A stretch of 37,686 nt of DNA. It comes from an uncultured Rubrivirga sp. (lineage in GTDB: Bacteria; Actinomycetota; Actinomycetes; S36-B12). Below the pieces are notes generated by a model that did no database searches, was not told where the DNA came from, and saw only the letters and a program-made list of their open reading frames with translations. The position numbers and the translations under genes were made by a program. Below are positions 17,075-25,869 of the stretch, piece by piece. Every line of letters begins with the position of its first letter. Position 1 is the first letter of the stretch. The DNA lies in assembly GCA_964413305.1 (NCBI GenBank), contig CAYPSE010000004.1, forward strand, positions 1 through 37,686, written 5' to 3'.

Positions 17075-18037
17075 TCATCGTGAACCCATCACTAGGAGCG
17101 CCGCAGGGTGCGAGGCGAACTGGGCGCTCGTTGTCGAACCGAGTCCCTCTCCGTCGATTTGCAGGGCGACGACGGCTCCGGGATGCGCGACTTCGACGGT
17201 GAAGCGGGACTGGTCGTGCCAGACCACTATTCGACCTGCCCCCCGGCCCCGTCCGCTGCTGCCTCGGCTCAGTCGGCCGAGCATCCGGGTGGCCGCTTGG
17301 ACGGTGGTCAGGGGATCCAAACTCCGTAAAGCGAAGACATCGAGGCCGGTCTCGAACGAGGCGTGCGGACAAGGATCGATGGGAACGGCCCCGAAGTACG
17401 TCCACGGCGATGTGTTCTGCACGATCGCCAGCACCACGTTTTCGATGGCGGGGGAGCCCGATCGCGAGAGCGTCATGGGTATCGGGTGGCGGGTCTGGAA
17501 GTACTCACGAACGGTAGCCAGGAAATACCGTGCGGGTGAAGCTTTCTTACCGGCGCGACGTTGCCGCTCCATCGAAGCGATGATTTCCGCATCGATGCCC
17601 AATCCGGCATTGACGACGAACCAGCGTGATCGGTCATCGAAGCGCGCGTGACCGACACCGATGCGTCGGAACCTGCCCTCCCGCGCCGATCTGAGCACTG
17701 CTCCTGTGGCCTCGACGGGATCGCTCGGGATCCCCAGCGTTCGGGAGAACACGTTGGCGCTACCTCCGGGGATGACACCGAGTGCGGGCACGTGCCGACC
17801 TGGACCATCGCGCAGCATTCCGTTCACCACTTCATTGACGACGCCATCGCCACCCAGAGCGATGACGGCATCGAGTCGGTTATCCAGTGCCCAGTTGCCC
17901 AGGTCCACTCCGTGTCCGCGGTGCGTCGTGAAGGTCACTTCGAGGTCGAGTTCGTGCGATAGCGCCTGCACGATGACGTCTGCGGTGCCGGTGGACGTGG
18001 TGGTCGCGCGCGGATTGACCACCAGGAGAGCCCTCAT
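17075..18037 (-). CDS. Diacylglycerol kinase catalytic-domain lipid kinase
   Basis: It begins MRALLVVNPRATTT and has the GGDGVVNEVVNG motif. At 320 aa it sits in the same position next to whiB1 as in mycobacteria. Confidence 0.88.
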   Translation of the reverse strand: MRALLVVNPRATTTSTGTADVIVQALSHELDLEVTFTTHRGHGVDLGNWALDNRLDAVIALGGDGVVNEVVNGMLRDGPGRHVPALGVIPGGSANVFSRTLGIPSDPVEATGAVLRSAREGRFRRIGVGHARFDDRSRWFVVNAGLGIDAEIIASMERQRRAGKKASPARYFLATVREYFQTRHPIPMTLSRSGSPAIENVVLAIVQNTSPWTYFGAVPIDPCPHASFETGLDVFALRSLDPLTTVQAATRMLGRLSRGSSGRGRGAGRIVVWHDQSRFTVEVAHPGAVVALQIDGEGLGSTTSAQFASHPAALLVMGSR

Positions 18038-18159
18038 GTAGGTGAGCCTAGGTGTCCCGTCTTCGAGGTTCCTCTGCGAGATTCATGACAAAGACCGGGG
18101 TACCGTGTGCTGCACGCGCCGACGTTTTCGGCCATTCTGTTTATAGGGAGATGCGCACG

Positions 18160-18963
18160 ATGCCTTTTGCTGACATGGTGGATGGTGTTTCGCTCTACTA
18201 CGAGGATTTGGGAGCGGGACCACCACTCGTTTTCGTACCTGGTTACTCCGGGTCGTCGGAGATCTGGATGTACCAGATATTGCACTTGGCGTCGGAGTTC
18301 CGATGCATTGTCTACGACCCGCGAGGTCACGGGAAGTCAGACAAACCAGTTGAGGCATACAGCATGGAGGTAATGGCCCGCGATTTGCACGACCTTCTCC
18401 GGCACCTTGACGTGGTGGAGCCTGTGCTTGTTGGTTGGTCCATGGGAGGCGCCATATGTGCTGAGTACGTTTTGGAATTCGGGAATGTCGCGGCGATGGT
18501 GCTTGTTGCTCCGACGTTGCCTCGATTCACGCAGACACCCGAGCTCCCATTCGGGATGGCTGATTCGGATTACGACTCCTTCATAGAGCGCGAGTCGACC
18601 TTCACTCCCGAGTTCAGGACTGCCCAGTTTGCGGCGAACTTCTTTCGGAGTGAACTACGAGCCTCGGCTGACTGGCTGACCCGACTCTCCATGGCGATGC
18701 CACCCCACGTTGGCGTTGCCTACATGAAGACCCTCCGGAATCTGGACTATTCGAGTCGGATGCCACAAATTGACTGTCCGATACTCATTTGCCACAGCAT
18801 TCATGACCGGGTCTGTGATCCCCGATGGACCGAGGTGATCGCGGCGACGCAATCGAATGTCGACATCTCCTGGTATCGCGAGAGCGGCCACGCGCTGATG
18901 CTGGAAGAAGGAGAACGACTAAGTGAGGACATCCGAATGTTCGCGGGCCGCATTCGCAACTAA
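18160..18963 (+). CDS. Alpha/beta hydrolase
   Basis: ATG 18160 has AGGGAG 9 nt upstream. It has the motif LVFVPGYSG, the nucleophile elbow GWSMGG and a C-terminal GHALMLE. Confidence 0.85.
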   Translation: MPFADMVDGVSLYYEDLGAGPPLVFVPGYSGSSEIWMYQILHLASEFRCIVYDPRGHGKSDKPVEAYSMEVMARDLHDLLRHLDVVEPVLVGWSMGGAICAEYVLEFGNVAAMVLVAPTLPRFTQTPELPFGMADSDYDSFIERESTFTPEFRTAQFAANFFRSELRASADWLTRLSMAMPPHVGVAYMKTLRNLDYSSRMPQIDCPILICHSIHDRVCDPRWTEVIAATQSNVDISWYRESGHALMLEEGERLSEDIRMFAGRIRN

Positions 18964-20591
18964 TGGAGATCAAGGTCGCCGAGGGCGCGAAGCCCAGTGT
19001 CGAGATTTTTTTGGCGGGTCAAGTCGTCACCATGGCCGGCGCAAATGCGCAGGCTCTGGTCGCGTCACAGGGCAAGGTCGTGTTCGTTGGTTCGCTGGAT
19101 GATGCGCGAACGAGGTATCCACACGCCTCCACATCCGACTTTGGTGATGATTCATGCATAATTCCTGGATTTCATGACGCCCACTCCCACCCGGAAATAG
19201 TCGCGGAGAATGCCCTCACGGTTGATGTCTCCCCGGGGGCGGCTCCTGATCAAGCTAGATTGCGCGAGTTATTGGCACAACAGGCAACAGTGGTCGGCGA
19301 AGGAAACTGGGTACTTGCCACGGGCTACCGGCCGGATCGCGGCAGATTCGACTCAAGCGTTGACGTTGCCTTTCTCGATGCCGCCTGTCCGAACAATCCC
19401 GTGTACATCACCCATGTTTCGTCGCATTGGGGTGTGGCGAACTCCCGGGCGCTCCTCAAATTGGGAATCGACCCTCATGGTCGATTCCCGTCATCCCTTA
19501 TTGGGTCCGACTCATATGGCAAGCCGAATGGGTTCATCTTCGAGGATCGTCACTTCGAACTTGCCTTCCCGGCACTGTCGCCGAAGGGGGGGCTGTTGCC
19601 GCGAGCGGATCTTGACACCTATCTTGCGAGCCTGCGGACGACGCTGAGTCGATATGCGTCGTGCGGAATCACCGCTACGGTGGATGCCTTGAGTTGGCCG
19701 GGTGGTATCGAGAATTACCAGCGGCTGCTTGATCAGGCATCGCTACCCGTCCGTATCGCGACGCTATTGAGTTTCACTCATCTGGCTTCTTGGATTGACG
19801 GACGAGTGGGAAATAGTGAAGGACGCATCAGGATCATCGGTGCCAAGTTGTTCGCCGATGGCGCTTTGTCGGGTGGCACATGTCTACTGAAGGAGCCCTA
19901 TGCGGACTCCGAAGGCTATTTCGGAGACGAAGTGCTGACGAGCTCCGAACTCGCCGACGCGATGAATGAGTGCGTAAGGCGTGGACTGCCGCCAGCGGTG
20001 CACGCCAACGGGGACCGAGCGGTGTCGCGCGTTCTGAGCGTTGCCGAGTCGCTGGCCGAAAGTAGTGGTCGCGTGTCGTTTCCCTTGCGAATTGAACACT
20101 GCAGCATAGTTTCGCCGAGCGATATCCATCGGCTGAGACAGGTAGGTGCATTGCCCATCATGTTGGCCACGTTCGTCGGCTACCACGGGGACACCTTGCT
20201 CGACATATACGAACCAGGGCGAATCGAGTCCTTGATACCATGTCGGGCACTTCTCGACGCACAAGTTCCGCTCGCAGCCTCGTCCGATTCTCCGGCGGCC
20301 CCCTTGTCACCCTTGCAGGGCATTCAAGATCTTGTGACTAGACGCGCTCCGTCCGGTCGCACAGTCGCCGCTGAGCAGTCGATCGGGGTTCTCGAAGCGC
20401 TCCATATGTACACAGTTGGAGGGGCCGCGGCAGCGGGGGTCGATGGTCATTCCGGACGCCTCGCATCTGGGTTCAATGCTGATTTCACGGTTCTGGGGAA
20501 TTCGCCGCTGGCCGTGCACCCTTCAGAGATTTCAGCGATTCCCATCCTTTCCACGTGGGTAGGTGGCAATAACGTGTTCGCCGCGGGTTGA
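18963..20591 (+). CDS. Amidohydrolase (Amidohydro_3, metal-dependent TIM-barrel hydrolase)
   Basis: It has the HxH metal motif in IPGFHDAHSHP and is 542 aa long. An ATG/TAA overlap (TAATG) joins it to the upstream hydrolase. Confidence 0.85.
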   Translation: MEIKVAEGAKPSVEIFLAGQVVTMAGANAQALVASQGKVVFVGSLDDARTRYPHASTSDFGDDSCIIPGFHDAHSHPEIVAENALTVDVSPGAAPDQARLRELLAQQATVVGEGNWVLATGYRPDRGRFDSSVDVAFLDAACPNNPVYITHVSSHWGVANSRALLKLGIDPHGRFPSSLIGSDSYGKPNGFIFEDRHFELAFPALSPKGGLLPRADLDTYLASLRTTLSRYASCGITATVDALSWPGGIENYQRLLDQASLPVRIATLLSFTHLASWIDGRVGNSEGRIRIIGAKLFADGALSGGTCLLKEPYADSEGYFGDEVLTSSELADAMNECVRRGLPPAVHANGDRAVSRVLSVAESLAESSGRVSFPLRIEHCSIVSPSDIHRLRQVGALPIMLATFVGYHGDTLLDIYEPGRIESLIPCRALLDAQVPLAASSDSPAAPLSPLQGIQDLVTRRAPSGRTVAAEQSIGVLEALHMYTVGGAAAAGVDGHSGRLASGFNADFTVLGNSPLAVHPSEISAIPILSTWVGGNNVFAAG

Positions 20592-20620
20592 TTACTTCTT
20601 CTCTGGAATAGGGTGCCGCA

Positions 20621-21022
20621 ATGGATCGTGAGGTGCTGACGGACTCGTCGCCGTGGCTGGCCACAGCGGGGTATTCGCGTGCGGTACGAGTTGGCTCGTT
20701 CATATCTGTGAGTGGGACCACGGATCATGGTCACGACGGTGGCACCACGCGACCTGGCGACACGTACGCACAGGCGAAGTCTTGCCTCGAACGTTGTCTG
20801 GCGGCAGCGATGGCACTGGGTGCGACCAAAGAGACCGTCCTTCGCACTCGAATGTTCCTGGCTCCCGGTGCAAACGTCCGGGAAGCAGCCAAGGCTCACT
20901 TGGAGGTCTTGGGCGACGTCGCGCCGGCGAATACGACTCTCTTCGTCGCGGCTCTGGTCGGAGATGGCTTGATGGTTGAGGTCGAATTGGATGCGCTGCG
21001 TCCCGAGGACAAGACTGATTAG
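20621..21022 (+). CDS. RidA/YjgF family (reactive intermediate/imine deaminase-like)
   Basis: 133 aa with a YjgF-fold pattern: GYSRAVRVGSFISVSGTT...TYAQAKSCLE...VLRTRMFL...VEVELDA. Confidence 0.78.
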   Translation: MDREVLTDSSPWLATAGYSRAVRVGSFISVSGTTDHGHDGGTTRPGDTYAQAKSCLERCLAAAMALGATKETVLRTRMFLAPGANVREAAKAHLEVLGDVAPANTTLFVAALVGDGLMVEVELDALRPEDKTD

Positions 21023-21044
21023 TCAGAATGGCTAACCTTCAAAG

Positions 21045-21062
21045 CATGCCCATTTGGGCATG
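21045..21062 (+). terminator. Hairpin CATGCCC-ATTT-GGGCATG after the RidA gene (candidate terminator or operator)
   Basis: A perfect 8+2+8 inverted repeat, effectively a 7-bp stem with a 4-nt loop. It lies 23 nt after the RidA stop and has no U-tract. Confidence 0.3.
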
Positions 21063-21157
21063 ACATTGGTCGAAAATGTCATTCGACAAAGATCACTCAG
21101 TCAGCCCATGATGCGAAGTCATCGCTTTTCTAAATTTCGTGATAGGAGGGATGCTTT

Positions 21158-22408
21158 GTGAAAATTGGAAGAGGCGCAGCAAGCGCCGTGTTGTTGGGCA
21201 GTGCCTTAGTGCTTTCGTCCTGTGCTAGTGAGTCCACCTCAACCGAGGAGACTCCGCAAGAGACGACCCCTGAAGCAGTCGAGCAACCCCAAGAGACGAC
21301 TGAGGATGCACCTGCCGACGCGAATACGCTGTGCCCTTCCGGGACTATCCAGGTAGGTATGGCCAAGGCCAAGACGGGTGGATTCGCCTTCTTCGACACG
21401 GCGGGAGCCAACGGCGAGATGGTCGCATTCGACCAGATCAACGCTGCGGGCGGAGTTGCTGGCTGCCAGTTCGAGGTGGTGTGGGAAGACACGGCGTCTG
21501 ATCCGGCGCAATCGGGACAGGTCGCCCAGCAACTTATTGACGCTGGCGCTGAAATCATCGTGTTGCCCGGGGACTTCGACATCGGAGCGCCCGCTTCGCT
21601 GGCGGCGCAGGCGGCAGGAGTGTTCGCGATGTCTGCGGAGTCCGCATCCGAGGCGTGGACCGTTGCTGCAGGACCCAGTATGGTCGCGATGGGGCTTACG
21701 GAAAGGGACCAAGGGATCGCACAAGCGAAGTTCGCAAGTGAGCAGGGATGGGGCAGTACGTTCATCGTCACGAACGAGGCCTTCAACTTCTTCAATGAGA
21801 TGGAGCGGTATTTCACCGAGAATTTCTCGGGGACGATCGTTGACAGGACTGCTGTCGCCGACGACGCAACGGACTACTCGGCAGTGATTTCAAACATTCG
21901 TAGCGCTGCCGAGGCGCCTGATTTCATCTACCTCAACGATTACTTCCCGCACGTTGGTACATTCATCAAGCAAATGCGCGATGCGGGATTGAATACTCCT
22001 GTTCTAGGAAATTCGACGTATGCATCGCCTGCATTCGCTGAGGTTGTTGGCTCCGATCGCCTCGCTGGCGTCTACTACACCGGCGCCAGCTTCTACGAGG
22101 GCCCCACTGCCGACCCGGATGTGTTGGACTTCGTAAGCGCTTATGAAGCCGCCTACGGCACCTTCCCAGAGAACAGCAACGCGCCAGCCGGTTACCAGGG
22201 TGTGCTCTTGCTCGCGAGCGCTCTGGAGCAGGCAGGTACCACCGATGCTGCGGCCTTGACAGCTGCAATGGTCTCTGGCACAGACATTCAGGTGGCCGGC
22301 TCGGAGATATACGAGTGGGTCAACAATGTGACTGTGCGACGAGTATCTGTGGTCAGTTTCGATGAGAGTGGAGTGGCCATTCAATTCGGAACGGTAGATC
22401 CTCGATAG
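21158..22408 (+). CDS. ABC transporter substrate-binding lipoprotein, LivJ/Peripla_BP_6 type
   Basis: GTG 21158 has AGGAGGG 7 nt upstream. The product has a signal peptide with the lipobox LSSC, a Thr/Glu/Pro-rich linker and a LivJ-like body. Confidence 0.88.
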   Translation: MKIGRGAASAVLLGSALVLSSCASESTSTEETPQETTPEAVEQPQETTEDAPADANTLCPSGTIQVGMAKAKTGGFAFFDTAGANGEMVAFDQINAAGGVAGCQFEVVWEDTASDPAQSGQVAQQLIDAGAEIIVLPGDFDIGAPASLAAQAAGVFAMSAESASEAWTVAAGPSMVAMGLTERDQGIAQAKFASEQGWGSTFIVTNEAFNFFNEMERYFTENFSGTIVDRTAVADDATDYSAVISNIRSAAEAPDFIYLNDYFPHVGTFIKQMRDAGLNTPVLGNSTYASPAFAEVVGSDRLAGVYYTGASFYEGPTADPDVLDFVSAYEAAYGTFPENSNAPAGYQGVLLLASALEQAGTTDAAALTAAMVSGTDIQVAGSEIYEWVNNVTVRRVSVVSFDESGVAIQFGTVDPR

Positions 22409-22417
22409 TCGCTGAGT

Positions 22418-23170
22418 ATGACTAGACCATCGAGTGCCCGCCCCGGCGGCGCAACGTTGGAAGTGATCGACGTTGTGATGCAATTCGGCGGAGTGCGGGC
22501 ACTCGATGGCGTCTCGCTCAAGATTGACAGCGGAGCGATCGTCGGACTCATCGGTCCTAACGGATCTGGCAAGTCGACCCTCATCAACTGCATTTCCGGG
22601 GTACTTTCGCCAACCTCCGGTTCCGTATCGGTGGACGGTGAAGGCATTACGAAGTGGTCGCGAAGGAAGAGAGCCAGGACTGGCTTGATCCGCACCTATC
22701 AGAATCTACGTTTGTTCAATGAATTAAGTTGCGCAGAGAACATCGAGGTGGCTGCGCTCTTGAACGAGCGCATTGCGAGACCTCGTGAATACGCCTCGGG
22801 CCTACTCCTCGAACAAAAGCTCTCAAAAGTGGAGAGAACCCGCGTTGCTGACCTCGCCTACGGTTCTCAACGGCAGGTGGAAATCGCTCGAGCTCTAGCA
22901 GGGACACCGAGATTTCTCGCGATGGATGAACCAGCCGCCGGGCTGGGCGAGGAGGACACCCGCAGCCTCATCGACACGGTCCGGGACTTCTCGCGCAATT
23001 CGGGCGCGTCCGTTCTGCTGGTCGATCACGACATGCACCTCGTGGCAAGCGTCAGTGACCGGATCGTGGTGCTGAATCAAGGGAAAGTCCTGATTGAAGG
23101 ACCGCCCCGGGAAGTCCTCGCAGATCCCCGTGTTGCCGAGGTTTATCTGGGAAGTAGTGCACAGCAGTGA
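22418..23170 (+). CDS. ABC transporter ATP-binding protein (LivG-like)
   Basis: It has Walker A GPNGSGKST and Walker B FLAMDEPAAGL. Confidence 0.92.
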   Translation: MTRPSSARPGGATLEVIDVVMQFGGVRALDGVSLKIDSGAIVGLIGPNGSGKSTLINCISGVLSPTSGSVSVDGEGITKWSRRKRARTGLIRTYQNLRLFNELSCAENIEVAALLNERIARPREYASGLLLEQKLSKVERTRVADLAYGSQRQVEIARALAGTPRFLAMDEPAAGLGEEDTRSLIDTVRDFSRNSGASVLLVDHDMHLVASVSDRIVVLNQGKVLIEGPPREVLADPRVAEVYLGSSAQQ

Positions 23171-23889
23171 TTCGGGTGCACGAACTTCATACCGGATACG
23201 GGCGAGCCGAGGTGCTCCACGGAGTCAACCTGTCGGTGTCGTCGGGCCGGGTGACCGCGATCATCGGACCGAATGGGGCAGGAAAGACGACACTGATGAC
23301 TGCCATCGCCGGCACGAGGCCCGCGTGGAAGGGCAGCATTGACATCGATAACGAAGACGTGACCAGGCTTCCGGCGCCCGATCGTGTCCGGCGAGGAATC
23401 GTCCTGTGTCCGGAGGGCAGGAGGATCTTTTCGTCCCTGTCAGTGGAGGAAAACATTCGGATCGGTGCAACGGTCCTGCATGCAAGATCCAAGGGTGATG
23501 AGGTGAACGTAAAGCAGGCTCTCGAGCGCGCCTACGATCTCTTTCCTATCCTGGGTGAACGCCGTCACAAGGCCGGCGGCACATTGTCCGGCGGTCAGCA
23601 ACAGATGCTGGCAATCGCCCGTTCCCTCGCGTCGAGCCCGGAGTACCTACTCCTTGATGAACCTTCTTTGGGACTCGCCCCCGCCGTGATCGAACATGTG
23701 TACTCCACCTTGGAAACGCTGCGCTCGGAGGGCTTGGGCATGGTTCTTGTGGAGGAGGGCGCTGATCGCGCACTGGAGTTCGCTGATTTTGCGATGGTCT
23801 TGAACGGTGGTCGGGTGGTGCTTGAAGGGACCGCCTCCGAGCTCCGACAGCGCCAAGACCTCGCCACGTCCTACCTGGGGGAGATGTAG
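23167..23889 (+). CDS. ABC transporter ATP-binding protein (LivF-like)
   Basis: A GTGA overlap joins it to the upstream stop. It has Walker A GPNGAGKTT, the signature LSGGQQQM and Walker B LLLDEPSLGL. Confidence 0.92.
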   Translation: MIRVHELHTGYGRAEVLHGVNLSVSSGRVTAIIGPNGAGKTTLMTAIAGTRPAWKGSIDIDNEDVTRLPAPDRVRRGIVLCPEGRRIFSSLSVEENIRIGATVLHARSKGDEVNVKQALERAYDLFPILGERRHKAGGTLSGGQQQMLAIARSLASSPEYLLLDEPSLGLAPAVIEHVYSTLETLRSEGLGMVLVEEGADRALEFADFAMVLNGGRVVLEGTASELRQRQDLATSYLGEM

Positions 23890-23890
23890 C

Positions 23891-24775
23891 GTGCGAATCC
23901 TTCAGGCAATCGTCGACGCCTTGAGTTTCGGTTCAACTTATGTCCTCTTGGGTATAGGCCTGAGTTTGGTCTTCAGCGTGCTAGGTCTGATCAACTTTGC
24001 CTACGGAACGCTCGTCGTGTGGGGTGGCCTTGCGCTTGTGACCTTGACGGGTTTAGGCATCTCCTATTGGATCTCAGTCGCGCTCATGATCGTCTTCCTC
24101 ATTGGCCTTTCCGTGATCACAGCACGCATCGCTTTCCAACCCTTCGCGGGCGCACCACCTGCCACACTTCTCCTTAGTTCCTTCGGCCTGGCGCTCATCT
24201 TGCAGTCCGTCGCCTTCATATTTTTCGGCCAGGACCCGTACTTCGTCGCGACGCCTTCGTGGCTGACCCAAACGGTCCAGGTGCAAGGCCTGACCATCGG
24301 AGTGCTTCAGATCGTGACGATAGCCGTCTCCGCAGCGCTCATTGCCGGCCTGTCACTGATCTTGTATCGCACTTCAGGTGGTATCCACATCCGGGCGGTG
24401 GCCGAAAATGCCGAAGTGTCGCAATTGATGGGGGTGAGACCGGGTCGTGTTTTCTTCTTGGTCTTCTCATTGAGCGGGCTCATCGCAGGTGTCGTGGCCT
24501 TCTTGTGGTTCGCTAAACTCGGAACGGCCTCTTCAACTGGCGACTTGACCATCACCTTGAAGGCCTTCATCGTCGTGGTTATCGGTGGACTCGGGAATCT
24601 TCGAGGTGCCGTAGTCGGTGGTTTGGTCCTTGGTTTCTTCGAGGCATTCTTGTATACGTTCACCCCCACCGGTCTGGCCAGTTGGCAGCAGACTTTCGCA
24701 TTCGCCTTGGTCACCCTCGTCCTGTTGATCAGACCCCAGGGTCTTCTCGGACGCAAGATCGAGGTCTCTCGATGA
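23891..24775 (+). CDS. Branched-chain-amino-acid-type ABC permease (LivH-like)
   Basis: GTG 23891 lies 2 nt after the upstream stop. The product begins VRILQAIVDALSFGSTYVLLGIGLSLVFS and is polytopic. The tracked start at 23807 overlaps the ATPase. Confidence 0.9.
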   Translation: MRILQAIVDALSFGSTYVLLGIGLSLVFSVLGLINFAYGTLVVWGGLALVTLTGLGISYWISVALMIVFLIGLSVITARIAFQPFAGAPPATLLLSSFGLALILQSVAFIFFGQDPYFVATPSWLTQTVQVQGLTIGVLQIVTIAVSAALIAGLSLILYRTSGGIHIRAVAENAEVSQLMGVRPGRVFFLVFSLSGLIAGVVAFLWFAKLGTASSTGDLTITLKAFIVVVIGGLGNLRGAVVGGLVLGFFEAFLYTFTPTGLASWQQTFAFALVTLVLLIRPQGLLGRKIEVSR

Positions 24776-25869
24776 TGAGACTTGGTTGGGTGATAGACCG
24801 ACCTCTTCGACCAGGTGGCCTGGCCCTTGCAGTGGCGCCTGGCGTTCTCCTTCCCTCACTCATCGGTCTGGGAGCCTTTGCACTAGCGGCACTGGGAGGA
24901 CCGGAACAGATTCTCGTCAGCCTGGGTATCGCCTGCGTCCTGGCAGTCGCGTATCAGGTTTTCGTGGGGGCAACCGGCATCATCTCATTCGGTCATATGG
25001 CCTTCGTAGCGGTCGGAGCTTACGTCGCTGGATTAGTAACGGTGCCTCCCTCTCAACGACAGGCGTTGTTGCCGGACCTGCCCGAGCCGCTTCAAGGCAT
25101 CTACCTCACGTTTCCTGGTGCGCTGATCTTGGCTGCACTGGTGTGCGCGGCTCTGGCAGTCGTAAGTGGATTGGTCTTGATGAGGATGACGGGGGTCGCG
25201 GCCGGGATCGCCACGCTGGGGCTGCTCGTCATCGTGAACGAAGTGCTGCGCAACTCCGGCAGCATCACGAGGGGAACCCAGACTTTTTTCGGCGTTCCTG
25301 CCGCCACGAATTTGATAAGCACGGGAGTCATCGTCCTCCTGACCACGCTCATCGCACTTTCATTCAAGTTCTCCAAGATCGGCACGCTCACTCGTGCTGC
25401 GCGTGATGACGATCTGGCCTTCGAGACCCTTGGTGGTTCGGTATTTCGGGGACGGATGTGGGCTTGGATCATCTCTGGCGCGCTCACTGGCATTGGAGGG
25501 GCGCTGCTAGCGCAACAACTCACCGCGTTCTCGCCAAACTCCTTCTTCATAGCCGACGCTGTCCCCATCATCGTGATCGTCGTCTTGGGCGGGATAAATA
25601 GTGTCGCTGGAAGTCTGGTCGGTGCCGTCTTCTACGTGGCCTGGTCACAGTTCATGCTCGTGGTTGAGTCGGGCGACATCCTTGGATTAGACCTCCCCGT
25701 GGTCGCAGGCATAGGTCAACTCACGATTGGCGTTGGATTGATCTTGATTCTTCGCTGGCGACCGCATGGACTCTTGAATTCGTCAGAGGTGGGCGTAGTT
25801 GCACGTCCGGCCCGAACCATTCCCGATTACGGGGTCCGACCAGGTGTCACGAGCGACCGGGACGAATAA
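24772..25869 (+). CDS. Branched-chain-amino-acid-type ABC permease (LivM-like)
   Basis: An ATGA overlap joins it to the LivH-like stop. It is a polytopic 365-aa protein. Confidence 0.9.
   Translation: MMRLGWVIDRPLRPGGLALAVAPGVLLPSLIGLGAFALAALGGPEQILVSLGIACVLAVAYQVFVGATGIISFGHMAFVAVGAYVAGLVTVPPSQRQALLPDLPEPLQGIYLTFPGALILAALVCAALAVVSGLVLMRMTGVAAGIATLGLLVIVNEVLRNSGSITRGTQTFFGVPAATNLISTGVIVLLTTLIALSFKFSKIGTLTRAARDDDLAFETLGGSVFRGRMWAWIISGALTGIGGALLAQQLTAFSPNSFFIADAVPIIVIVVLGGINSVAGSLVGAVFYVAWSQFMLVVESGDILGLDLPVVAGIGQLTIGVGLILILRWRPHGLLNSSEVGVVARPARTIPDYGVRPGVTSDRDE

Noticed and set aside
18039-18054. The direct repeat TAGGTG-AGCC-TAGGTG at the core/island junction, considered as a possible att-like or insertion scar.
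   Set aside because: It is only 6 bp, immediately adjacent to the DAGK start codon, with no partner repeat visible and no integrase or tRNA nearby.
21130-21816. A 228-aa ORF antisense to the substrate-binding lipoprotein gene.
   Set aside because: It is Ala/Ser-rich with no motif, and the sense ORF has an SD, a lipobox and a LivJ-like body.
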